DNA from: an uncultured Candidatus Rokubacteria bacterium
Lineage (GTDB): Bacteria; Methylomirabilota; Methylomirabilia; Rokubacteriales; CSP1-6
DNA length: 64,000 nucleotides
Direction of reading: 5' to 3'
Assembly: GCA_963758635.1 (NCBI GenBank)
Contig: CAVWWD010000003.1
Location: forward strand, 736,001-800,000
Shown here: positions 14,738 through 23,401 of the stretch, piece after piece
How positions within the stretch are numbered: position 1 is the first letter of the stretch
Layout of the letters: each line of letters begins with the position of its first letter
Notes under the pieces: model-generated
Told to the model about the DNA's origin: nothing
Seen by the model: the letters and a program-made list of their open reading frames with translations, nothing else
The model's database searches: none
Translations under genes and position numbers: made by a program

Positions 14738-15628
14738 GTGGCTGATCCCCTCACGATCCTCGACCGCACCGAGGGGCTGCGCCGCCCGCTCGTCGTGATG
14801 GCGTTCGCGGGCTGGAACGACGCGGCCGAGTCGGCGACCAGCGCGGCCCGCTACATCGGTCAGCTCTGGACGTCGCGGCCGCTGGCCTCGATCGACCCCG
14901 AGGAGTTCTACCACTTCGGCCTCTCGCGCCCCTACGCGCGCTTCAAGCCGGGCTCCCGCACCGACCGGGAGATCGTGTGGCCGGCCACCGAGTTCTCGCT
15001 CGCCGAGCCGTCCACCCTCGAGCGTGACGTGATCGTCGGCGTGGCCATCGAGCCCCACCTGAAGTGGCGCACGTACTGCAACGCCGTCCTCCGGCTGGCC
15101 CGGTCGACCTCCGCGTCGCTCGTGCTCACGCTCGGCGCGCTCCTCGCCGAGGTGCCGCACACGCGGCCGGTGCGCCTGGTCGGCAGCGCGCACGATCCGG
15201 AGCTCGCCGCGCGCCTGGGCCTCCGGCCGAGCCGCTACGAGGGGCCCACCGGCATCGTCGGCGTGCTGAACACCGTGCTCCGCGACGAGGGCGTGCCGGT
15301 GGCGAGCCTCTGGGCCAACGTCCCCCACTACATCTCCGGCATCGAGAATCCCAAGGCGTCGATGGCGCTGGTGCGCCGCGTGCTGAGCCTGCTCAACACC
15401 GAGGCGGACCTGTCCGACCTCGAGGACTCCACGCGGCAGTTCGAGCAGAATCTCGAGGAGATCGTGTCGCAGAACACGAAGATCGCGGACTACGTGAAGA
15501 AGCTCGAGCGGAAGAAGCCGGAGGAGGACGAGGGAGAGCCCGAGACGCGCGACGAGCTGCCGCCGTCGGGTGACCTCGTGGCCGAGATCGAGCAGTTCCT
15601 GCGCCAGCAGCGCCCCGAAGGATCCTAG
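14738..15628 (+). CDS. PAC2 family (proteasome assembly chaperone-like) protein
   Basis: AFAGWNDAAESA, IDPEEFYHF...RP, EPHLKW, YEGPTGIVGVL, WANVPHY and C-terminal EIEQFLR. Confidence 0.9.
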   Translation: MADPLTILDRTEGLRRPLVVMAFAGWNDAAESATSAARYIGQLWTSRPLASIDPEEFYHFGLSRPYARFKPGSRTDREIVWPATEFSLAEPSTLERDVIVGVAIEPHLKWRTYCNAVLRLARSTSASLVLTLGALLAEVPHTRPVRLVGSAHDPELAARLGLRPSRYEGPTGIVGVLNTVLRDEGVPVASLWANVPHYISGIENPKASMALVRRVLSLLNTEADLSDLEDSTRQFEQNLEEIVSQNTKIADYVKKLERKKPEEDEGEPETRDELPPSGDLVAEIEQFLRQQRPEGS

Positions 15629-15638
15629 CCGGCCGCCC

Positions 15639-16535
15639 TCACGCCGGCAGCCTGAGCCGGCCTTCCATCACGGTCACGGCGCGGCCGCCCACGCGGACAC
15701 GCGTCGCCCGGCCGGCCGTCACGTCGACGCGGACCCTGAGCCGGCCCGGCCGGCCCAGCCCGTCGCCCTGCTCGCCCACGAACGACGCGTGCCCGTTCGC
15801 GACACGCAGGAGACCGCGCTCGAGCAACCACACCGCGATCGAGGAGTGGACGGAGCCGGTGACGGGATCCTCGGGGATCCCGAAGTGCGGCGCGAAGAAG
15901 CGGCAGTGGGTCGTCGAGCCGGTGTCCACCGTCTCGCGCGACACCACGCACACGCCGCGGAGGCCGGCGGCGGCGGCGCGTTGGCCCAGCGTGCCCATCT
16001 CGGGAGCGAGGGCGCCCGTCGCGGCGAGCCCGGCCGCGGGCAGCAGCAGGTCTCCGTCGGGCGTGACGGCGGCGGCCGCCCACGTGCCGCGGGACGCGGG
16101 GTGCAGGCCGAGGTCGGCGGCGATCGCGTCGGCTTCCGGAGGGGCCCGGCGGAGCTCCGGCACGGCGGGGTCGAGCCAGATGACGACGCCAGCGCCGTCG
16201 CGCTCCACCTCCACCGCGAGCTCGCCGCCCAGCGTGTCGAACACGACCCGAGGACCGGCCAGGCGCCCGGCCTCGATCAGCGCGTGGACGGTGGCCACGG
16301 TCGCGTGGCCGCAGTAGCGGACCTCGCGGCTCGGCGTGAACCAGCGGAGCCGCGGGCGCGCGCCGGGGCGTGCCGGTCCCGACAGGAACGCGGTATCGGC
16401 CAGGTTCATCTCGGCGGCGATCGCCTGCATCGTCGGCTCGGCGAGGCCGTCGGCGTCCAGCACGACGCCCGCGGGGTTGCCGGCGAAGGGACGGTCGGTG
16501 AACGCGTCGACCCGGAGGATCGGGACCGCGGTCAT
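15639..16535 (-). CDS. PhzF family isomerase
   Basis: VDAFTDRPFAGNPAGVV, EV.YCGHAT and EDPVTGS; ATGA overlap with the upstream gene. Confidence 0.92.
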   Translation of the reverse strand: MTAVPILRVDAFTDRPFAGNPAGVVLDADGLAEPTMQAIAAEMNLADTAFLSGPARPGARPRLRWFTPSREVRYCGHATVATVHALIEAGRLAGPRVVFDTLGGELAVEVERDGAGVVIWLDPAVPELRRAPPEADAIAADLGLHPASRGTWAAAAVTPDGDLLLPAAGLAATGALAPEMGTLGQRAAAAGLRGVCVVSRETVDTGSTTHCRFFAPHFGIPEDPVTGSVHSSIAVWLLERGLLRVANGHASFVGEQGDGLGRPGRLRVRVDVTAGRATRVRVGGRAVTVMEGRLRLPA

Positions 16536-17524
16536 CCCCGCGGGGACATGCCGAGGAGGCGCATCTCGTGGTGCAGCGTCTCGCGCAGGCCCTCCTCGAG
16601 GGGGCGCGTCGTGAAGCCGAAGGCCCGCGACGCCTTCTTGCTGTTGCCGAGGTAGGTGACGCCGGCCGTGGCCCGGAGCGTCTCCGGAGCGTACGTCTCG
16701 GGGACCGCCCGGAATCTCTCGACGACGCCCATCACGGTGGCGAGCCCGCCGACCAGCCAGGGCGGCGCGTCGACGCGGGGCGCAGGGATGCCGGTGATGG
16801 CCTCGGCCAGGACGAAGACCTGCCGCAGGCTCTGCGACGGCCCCGCGATGATGTAGGCCTCGCCCAGCGTCCCCTTCTCCATGGCGGCGACATGCGCGCG
16901 CGCCGTGTCCTCGACGTGCCCCCAGCAGTACACGGCGCCCCGCGGGATCATCGGGAGCTGCCGCCTGAGGTATCGCACGAACATCCGGCGGACGAGGCTC
17001 GTGTCGCCCGGCCCGTACACGACGCCGGGCTGCACGATGACCAGGGGGAGCCCGGCCCGCGCCATCGGCTCCGCGACCTTGTAGTGCGCGGCCCACTTCG
17101 TGCGGTCGTAGTCGGTGAGCCACGGGCCCTCGTGCCGGTAGCGCTCGTCCACCGCGCGGCCCCGTGTGTCGCCGAAGACGGCGAGGCTCGACGTGTACAC
17201 GCCCCTGGGGATCTCCAGCTCCTTCATCAGCTCGAGGACGTTGTACGTGCCGTTCACGTTGATGCTGTCGGCGCTGGCGCGGTCGCGCACGCCCACGCGG
17301 TACCACGCGGCGAGGTGGAAGACGCCGTCGGCGCCCCGCATGCCCCCGCGCATGCTCTCCTTGAGGGTGAGGTCGCCCTCATGGGCGCGCGCCCCGAGCC
17401 GGGTCAGGTCCTGCGCGGCCGCCGCGCTCCGCACGAGCGCGACGACCTCGTGCCCCTGCTCGAGGAGCAGGCGCGCGACGTGGCGGCCGATGAAGCCGCT
17501 CGCCCCCGTGACGAAGTACTTCAT
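16532..17524 (-). CDS. NAD-dependent epimerase/dehydratase (HpnA/dihydroflavonol reductase-like)
   Basis: MKYFVTGASGFIG, VFHLAA, YDRTK (YxxxK), VYGPGD. Confidence 0.88.
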   Translation of the reverse strand: MKYFVTGASGFIGRHVARLLLEQGHEVVALVRSAAAAQDLTRLGARAHEGDLTLKESMRGGMRGADGVFHLAAWYRVGVRDRASADSINVNGTYNVLELMKELEIPRGVYTSSLAVFGDTRGRAVDERYRHEGPWLTDYDRTKWAAHYKVAEPMARAGLPLVIVQPGVVYGPGDTSLVRRMFVRYLRRQLPMIPRGAVYCWGHVEDTARAHVAAMEKGTLGEAYIIAGPSQSLRQVFVLAEAITGIPAPRVDAPPWLVGGLATVMGVVERFRAVPETYAPETLRATAGVTYLGNSKKASRAFGFTTRPLEEGLRETLHHEMRLLGMSPRG

Positions 17525-18609
17525 GCCACGCCCGCCGCGCGCGGGGCCGCGTGTCCGGGCTCCTCGACGCGCACGCGCGCCCGCACGCGCCGCGCGTGGC
17601 CGGCGAGCGCCCGGTTCGACCACACCGTGACGAGCGACGCGGCGAGCACGGCCTGGACCTCGGCGCGCGGCACCTTGATCCGCGCCGTCGGGTCGAGCCA
17701 GGCGTCCGAGGCGGCGAGCCGCGCGAGGGTGCCGAGCCCGATCAGGAGCGGCCAGGCGCAGGCCAGGCGCATGCGCGCCTCCGCCCGCGGGATGGCGAGC
17801 GTGTACCGCCAGCCGGCGTCGTAGCGGGCGAGGGCGAGCCGCAGCAGGTCCGCGCGCAGCGGCCGGGCCGCCGCGGCCGCCGCCGGGTCGAGGAGGTCAC
17901 GGGGCGACAGGCCGAGCCGCGCCAGGTCCTGCGCGGGCAGGTAGCAGCGGCCCTGTCGGAGGTCCCTCGGCACGTCGCGGAGGATGTTGGTGAGCTGCAG
18001 CGCCTGCCCGAACTGGACGCCGAGCGATCGCATCGCGGCCAGGTCCAGGCGGGCCAGGCGCGGCCGGTGCGCAGCGTGGATGTCGGTCCAGAACTCGCCC
18101 ACGCATCCCGCCACGAGATAGGTGTACCGCTCGAGGTCCGCCCGCGTGTCGAGGGCGGCGAGGCCGGGGGCGTCGTCGCCGGGGAAGCGGCGGAGGTCGT
18201 CCATCTGCCCCTCGACGATGGTCTCGAGCAGCGCCGCCACGCGATCCCGATCCGGGGTGGGCAGCCCGCGGTAGATGGCCAGGACCTCGGGCACGCGCTC
18301 CACGAGCCGTCGCTCGCCGGCGCTGGCCTGGCCGGGCCCGACGGCGGCGGCGACGCGCTCGGCCCGGCCCGTCACGCCGCCCCGCAGCTCTTGACGGAGC
18401 GCGTCCAGGTGGCCGAGGCGCTCCTCGCGCGCCACGACGCGCGTGTCGGCGATCGTGTCGGTGGCCCGGGCCAGCAGGTAGGCGATGCCCACGGCCGGAC
18501 GCACCGCTGCGGGCAGGATGGCGAGGGAGAGGTAGAACGAGCGGCTGACGCTCTTGAGGACGGGGCCGATCAGCTCGGACGTTTCCGCGGTTCCGGATCG
18601 GGCGGCCAA
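17521..18609 (-). CDS. Squalene/phytoene synthase family protein
   Basis: VSRSFYLS, DTIAD, YTYLVAGCVGEFW and ALQLTNILRD...D...GRCYLP. Confidence 0.92.
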   Translation of the reverse strand: MAARSGTAETSELIGPVLKSVSRSFYLSLAILPAAVRPAVGIAYLLARATDTIADTRVVAREERLGHLDALRQELRGGVTGRAERVAAAVGPGQASAGERRLVERVPEVLAIYRGLPTPDRDRVAALLETIVEGQMDDLRRFPGDDAPGLAALDTRADLERYTYLVAGCVGEFWTDIHAAHRPRLARLDLAAMRSLGVQFGQALQLTNILRDVPRDLRQGRCYLPAQDLARLGLSPRDLLDPAAAAAARPLRADLLRLALARYDAGWRYTLAIPRAEARMRLACAWPLLIGLGTLARLAASDAWLDPTARIKVPRAEVQAVLAASLVTVWSNRALAGHARRVRARVRVEEPGHAAPRAAGVA

Positions 18610-18640
18610 CGGATGCTCGATCCAGCCGGACCGACGAGAC

Positions 18641-18931
18641 CTAGTCCCGCTCCATCGGATTGAGGGGCGGGTCGGGGTCGTCCTTGGCCTTCTTGAGGCC
18701 TTCCTGGAACATCCGGTCGAGCACGCGGGATCGGGACGATTCGGCCTTCATCTGCTCCTTGAAGCGCTCCTCGCGGCGCGAGGCCTCGCCCTTGAGGGAG
18801 GCGAGTGCGTCGCCGAGGTCGAGCCCGGAGCGTTGCCGCGGCGGCGCCTCGTGGGCGATCACCGCCTGGAGGTCGGGATCGATGGTGAGGCGCCCCGCGC
18901 AGCACGGACACATCACGACGAAGCTCGCCAT
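18641..18931 (-). CDS. Hypothetical protein with an N-terminal CPCC motif and a coiled coil
   Basis: MASFVVMCPCC..; charged helical C-terminus; coding bias. Confidence 0.7.
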   Translation of the reverse strand: MASFVVMCPCCAGRLTIDPDLQAVIAHEAPPRQRSGLDLGDALASLKGEASRREERFKEQMKAESSRSRVLDRMFQEGLKKAKDDPDPPLNPMERD

Positions 18932-18958
18932 GGCCACCCACGATAGCAGACTATGGGC

Positions 18959-19627
18959 CTACGGGAGCCGCGTGCGCTCGTCGATCGAGCGCCGGCGGGG
19001 CTCGCCCCACTGGGCGGGCGGCTGCGGCACCTGGTCGGCGCGGACGGTGGTGCCCTGGCCCGGGCGGAGGAGGACGGCGCCGCGCACGTCAGGGCGCCAG
19101 TTCGACACCGCGACGGTTCCGGCGACCGTGAGGACGGCGGTGCCGTCGGGGGTGACCTCGACGATGTACTCGGTGCCACGCACGGCGGCGATGGCCGTGG
19201 GCGTCCACGTCTCGACGAGGGCGCGGCCCGGCGCCGGCTTGACGACGAAGCGCGCGGCGCCCGCGAGGACGGTGAGTCGCGTGGACCCGCGGCCGGGCTC
19301 GGCGATCTGGGTCACGCGCAGCGAGGCCAGCTCCCCGAGCGTGACGACGGTCTCGTTCTCGAAGGCGATGCGCACCTTGGACGCGGCGCGCGTGTGGACG
19401 GTGTCGGCGCGGAGCAGCGGGCTCTTCACCGTGAGCGGAAGTTGCTCGGAGGCGCCGAAGCGTACGACCGCGGCCTCGCCCTCGAGAGAGACGACCTGCG
19501 CGACGGGCGCCGCGGTCGGGGCCGCCGACTGCGCCCCCGCCGGCCGCGTCAGCAGTAGCGACACCGCGCCGAGGGCGACGAGGCTCAGCACGAACACGGC
19601 GGGGCGCAGGCAGGCGCGCGCGGTCAT
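18959..19627 (-). CDS. FecR domain-containing exported protein
   Basis: Signal peptide; FecR motif ETWTPTAIAAVRGTEY...VAGTVAV. Confidence 0.85.
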   Translation of the reverse strand: MTARACLRPAVFVLSLVALGAVSLLLTRPAGAQSAAPTAAPVAQVVSLEGEAAVVRFGASEQLPLTVKSPLLRADTVHTRAASKVRIAFENETVVTLGELASLRVTQIAEPGRGSTRLTVLAGAARFVVKPAPGRALVETWTPTAIAAVRGTEYIVEVTPDGTAVLTVAGTVAVSNWRPDVRGAVLLRPGQGTTVRADQVPQPPAQWGEPRRRSIDERTRLP

Positions 19628-19675
19628 GGGCCCTTTCTTGGGCGGCCGGGCGGCGTCGACGCGCCGAGGCCAGCC

Positions 19676-19738
19676 TCAGAACGTGAGCTTGTCTCCGGGG
19701 CTGATCGGGAAGACGCCGGCGGAAGTGGTCTCAGCCAT
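19676..19738 (-). CDS. Possible 20-aa small ORF (MAETTSAGVFPISPGDKLTF)
   Basis: GAGGGAGG RBS about 8 nt upstream of the ATG; mostly GC3 codons. Confidence 0.3.
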   Translation of the reverse strand: MAETTSAGVFPISPGDKLTF

Positions 19739-19911
19739 GAGCGGCCCTCCCTCTCAGGAATAGAGGAAATGACGACGGCGGAGCCTACCACGCGCCTTCG
19801 GACCCGGCAAGGCGCAGAGCGCCGAGGGAATGAGGAAGAACGGGGAGGGAGATCGCCGGGGACCGTGCCGGGCAGGAGGGGCGGCCGGGCCGCCCCTCCC
19901 CCGGACGCCGG

Positions 19912-21531
19912 CTACTTCGACTGGCCGATGAACGTCCGGGCTTGCCGCAGCTCCGGGCGCTCCGCGTCGCCCGTCCGGGCCAGCGCGACGAGCTGCGTGT
20001 AGTAGGTCCGCGCCTTGACGGCATTGCCGGCCTGGTCCGCCGCGCGTGCCGCTCCGTAGAGCCCGAGGAAGCGGTTCGGGTCCACGCGCTGCGAGGCCTC
20101 GAACTCGGTGAGGGCGTCCGCGGGCCGTCCCACCTCGAGGAGCATGTCGCCCAGCATCTCTCGCGCCGGGAACAGCGCCCCCGGCGTCACCGGGTGCTTC
20201 TCGGTGGCATCCTCGCGGTCGGCGGCCTGCCGCATCAGGGCCAGCGCCTCGTCGTTCTTGCCCTCGGCGCGGGCGATCCACGCGCTCACGGCGATGCGCT
20301 GGATCTCGCTCTGCTCCGCCCAGTAGGCGCTCTTGGCCGCCGCCTGCCGGTCACGCAGGGCGACGATGCGCTCCAGGTCCTTGCGGGCGCTCGCGACGGC
20401 GCCGCTCCGCGCCGCCCCCAGCCCCCGGGCGAACCAGGTGATCGACTGCGCCATCGGGAACTTGTCCCACGACAGCTCCGAGGGGTGGAAGACGAGGGCC
20501 GCCGCGTCCGCCCACTGCCGCCGCTCGAGCGCGTAGCGCGCGGGGATGGCCGCGAACGCGTAGGCCGCGGCGAAGTGCTCCACGTCGAGCTTGCTGAGCC
20601 CCGAGATCTCGGTGAGGACGGCCTGCGCCTCCTTGTCCTTCACCAGCTGCATGTAGCCGTAGACCATGTAGTCCATGGCGTGGAGCGCGTTGTACGAGCC
20701 GAGCGCCTGCTGCCCCTGGCGGCTCAGCTCCTCCTTGGCGGCGCCGGCCGACGCGCGATTGGTGTCGATCGACTCCTGCCAGGCGCCCACGCGGGTGAAG
20801 ATGTGCGAGGGCATGTGCAGCGCGTGGGGCGCCGAGGGCGCGATGGCCGCGTAGCGCCGCGCCGCGGGCAGCCCCTTCTGGGCGATCGGCGGGAAGTCGT
20901 AGCTGTGGATCAGGTAGTGGGCCACGCCGGGATGGTCGGGCTGCTGCGCGAACGCCCGCTCCAGCACCGCGGCCGCCTTGAGCTGGTTCGCGTACGTCTT
21001 GTCGTTCGGGTTGAGCGTGATGTTGAGCGCGAGGGCGTAGAAGATGGCCGCCTCGGGATCGGAGGGATAGCGGGCGGTGAGATCGGCCATGGCGCGCTCG
21101 TAGGCGACGGCGCGCGTCCGGTGCTCGACCTTGTCCGCGTCGCGGTAGAAGGTCTCGATGGCCGCCACGTAGTCGCGCTCGCGCTGGGTCTTCGCGTTCG
21201 CGGCCTTCGCGCGGTCCACCGCCGCGGCGCCCTCGGCGAGGGCCTTGGGACTGGGCGGCCCGGCGAGCGGGTTGCCGAGCAAGGTCATCGCCGTGCCCCA
21301 GTGGGCCATGGCGCAGCCCGGGTCGGTCTTCGCCGTGTCGGCGAAGCCGTCGAGCGCGGTCTGGAACCAGAACGAGTGGAGCAGCGCGACCGCGCGATCG
21401 AACTTCGGCTGGGCGGCCGCCGTGCACGAGGTCGGGAAGCTGACGATGCCGAGCTTCTCGTGAGCGGGGGCAGGGGCCGCGGCCAGGACGACGGACAGGA
21501 CGGTCAGGATGACAGCCGGGGTTCGCATCAT
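19912..21531 (-). CDS. Exported TPR-like repeat protein
   Basis: Signal peptide MMRTPAVILTVL; GIVSFPTSC...LLHSFW, HPGVAHYLIH and APHALHMPSHIF; helical repeats. Confidence 0.85.
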   Translation of the reverse strand: MMRTPAVILTVLSVVLAAAPAPAHEKLGIVSFPTSCTAAAQPKFDRAVALLHSFWFQTALDGFADTAKTDPGCAMAHWGTAMTLLGNPLAGPPSPKALAEGAAAVDRAKAANAKTQRERDYVAAIETFYRDADKVEHRTRAVAYERAMADLTARYPSDPEAAIFYALALNITLNPNDKTYANQLKAAAVLERAFAQQPDHPGVAHYLIHSYDFPPIAQKGLPAARRYAAIAPSAPHALHMPSHIFTRVGAWQESIDTNRASAGAAKEELSRQGQQALGSYNALHAMDYMVYGYMQLVKDKEAQAVLTEISGLSKLDVEHFAAAYAFAAIPARYALERRQWADAAALVFHPSELSWDKFPMAQSITWFARGLGAARSGAVASARKDLERIVALRDRQAAAKSAYWAEQSEIQRIAVSAWIARAEGKNDEALALMRQAADREDATEKHPVTPGALFPAREMLGDMLLEVGRPADALTEFEASQRVDPNRFLGLYGAARAADQAGNAVKARTYYTQLVALARTGDAERPELRQARTFIGQSK

Positions 21532-21726
21532 ACCGGTACCTCCCTCATGTGGGTGCAAGGCGGACGTAGCCATCGGTGGAGACGCAAAGCAAGCACCATG
21601 CCCCTCCCTCGAGAGCCCTAACGTCGTGAGAACACGACCGCGCCAGGACCATCGCCGCTCGTCGCGGGCACCTTGCCCGGGCGGGCCGGCGCGGCGCCCG
21701 GCCGGCGACCTGCTATGCTGTGGCGC

Positions 21727-22680
21727 GTGCCCGATCGCCTGAACGAGTTCTCCTGGTCCCGGAGCCGCAACGGCGTGTTCCAGGAGTGCCGCCGTCGCTA
21801 CTACTACCACTATTACGGGGCCTGGGGAGGCTGGGATCCCGGCGCGGACGCCACCGTCCGCGCCCTGTACGTCCTCAAGCAGCTCGGAACCCGGCAGATG
21901 TGGGCGGGGCGTCTCGTGCACGAGGCCATCGAGCGCGTGTTGCTCGCCGTGCGCGACGGCTACGCCCTGTCCGAGGCGTCGCTGATCGAGGCGACGGTGC
22001 GCCAGATGCGCGAGGAGTGGAAGGGCTCGCGCGCCGGCGTCTACCGCGAGGCGCCCCGGCGCACCGGGCTCTTCGAGCACGAGTACGGCGTGCCCGTGAA
22101 GGACGGCGAGTGGCAGGCCCTCCGCGACCACATGGTGCGCTGCCTGCGGAACTTCCATCGCCTCTCCCTCCTCGCCGACATCAAGGCCACCCCGACCGAG
22201 CGCTGGATCATGATCGAGGACATCGGCTCGTTCGCGTTCGAGGGGACGACCGTGTTCGCCGCCCCCGACTTCGCCTACTGGAACGCCGCCGACCGCCTGC
22301 AGCTCGTGGACTGGAAGACGGGGGGCGGCGGGGGCGGCGCGGCGCTCCAGCTCGGCGGATACGCGTTGTACGCCCACACGCTCCTGCGCGTGGACCCCGC
22401 CCGCGTGGACCTCCTCGAGGTGAACCTGCGCGAGGGGAGCGTCGCCGCCCACCCGTGCGATCCCGACAGCCTCGACCGGGTCCGCGACAACATCCGCCTC
22501 TCGGTGCGCTCCATGAAGGCCTACCTGCGCGACGCGGAGACGAACCTCGCCGCGGAGGCGGATTTCGAGAAGGCGGAGGACACGCGCCTGTGCCGCTGGT
22601 GCAACTTCCGCGGCGTGTGCCGGCCCGAGCTGCCGCCCTTCGACGCGCCGCGGACGGCCGCGCGGGCCGCCGTCTCGTGA
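21727..22680 (+). CDS. PD-(D/E)XK nuclease, Cas4/AddB-like with a four-Cys cluster
   Basis: SWSRS...ECRRRYYY; PD...VDWKTG; QL..Y; C-terminal CRWCNFRGVC; GTG start 7 nt after TATGCT (alternative ATG at 21715). Confidence 0.85.
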   Translation: MPDRLNEFSWSRSRNGVFQECRRRYYYHYYGAWGGWDPGADATVRALYVLKQLGTRQMWAGRLVHEAIERVLLAVRDGYALSEASLIEATVRQMREEWKGSRAGVYREAPRRTGLFEHEYGVPVKDGEWQALRDHMVRCLRNFHRLSLLADIKATPTERWIMIEDIGSFAFEGTTVFAAPDFAYWNAADRLQLVDWKTGGGGGGAALQLGGYALYAHTLLRVDPARVDLLEVNLREGSVAAHPCDPDSLDRVRDNIRLSVRSMKAYLRDAETNLAAEADFEKAEDTRLCRWCNFRGVCRPELPPFDAPRTAARAAVS

Positions 22681-23384
22681 AGACCCTCCTCGTCGACCTC
22701 GACGATACGCTGCTCGACTACACGAGCGGCATCGAGGGCTCGTGGCGCGAGGCCTGCGAGCTGATCGCCGGACCGTGCGGCCTGGACACCGGCGCCCTCG
22801 GGACCGCGGTCATCGAGGCGCGCCGCTGGTTCTGGGACGACGCCACACGGCAGGTCGAGGGCCGGCGCGACATGGTGGCGGCGTGGGCCGCGATCGCCGC
22901 CCGCGGGCTCGAGCAGGTCGGCGCCGTCGACGCGCGCATGGCCCGGGCCATCGCCGAGGACTACGCCGAGCGGCGTCGGGCGTGCTACGGCCTCCTGCCT
23001 GGCGCGGCCGACGCCCTCGCCGAGCTCCGCCGGCGCGGCGTGCCGATGGCGCTCGTCACCAACGGCGACCGGCGGGAGCAGCGCTACAAGATCGAGCGCT
23101 TCGACCTGGCGAAGTTCTTCGACGTGCTGGTCATCGAGGGAGAGTTCGGCGTGGGCAAGCCCCACGAGTCGGTGTACCGCCATGCCCTCGCCGCCCTCGG
23201 CGCCCACCCCGCGACGACCACGATGGTGGGCGACAACCTGGAGTGGGACGTGGCCGCTCCCCAGCGGCTCGGCATCGCCGGTGTCTGGGTCGACGCGCCG
23301 GGCCACGGCCTTCCCGCGGGGAGCCCCGTGAAGCCGGACCGCATCGTGCGCGCCTTCCGCGATCTCGTCCTCCTCACACCCTGA
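22677..23384 (+). CDS. HAD-superfamily hydrolase (YjjG-like)
   Basis: VDLDDTL, VTNG, GKP and MVGDNLEWDV; GTGA overlap with the nuclease. Confidence 0.9.
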   Translation: MKTLLVDLDDTLLDYTSGIEGSWREACELIAGPCGLDTGALGTAVIEARRWFWDDATRQVEGRRDMVAAWAAIAARGLEQVGAVDARMARAIAEDYAERRRACYGLLPGAADALAELRRRGVPMALVTNGDRREQRYKIERFDLAKFFDVLVIEGEFGVGKPHESVYRHALAALGAHPATTTMVGDNLEWDVAAPQRLGIAGVWVDAPGHGLPAGSPVKPDRIVRAFRDLVLLTP

Positions 23385-23401
23385 TCCCGGCGACGGCGGT
23401 C

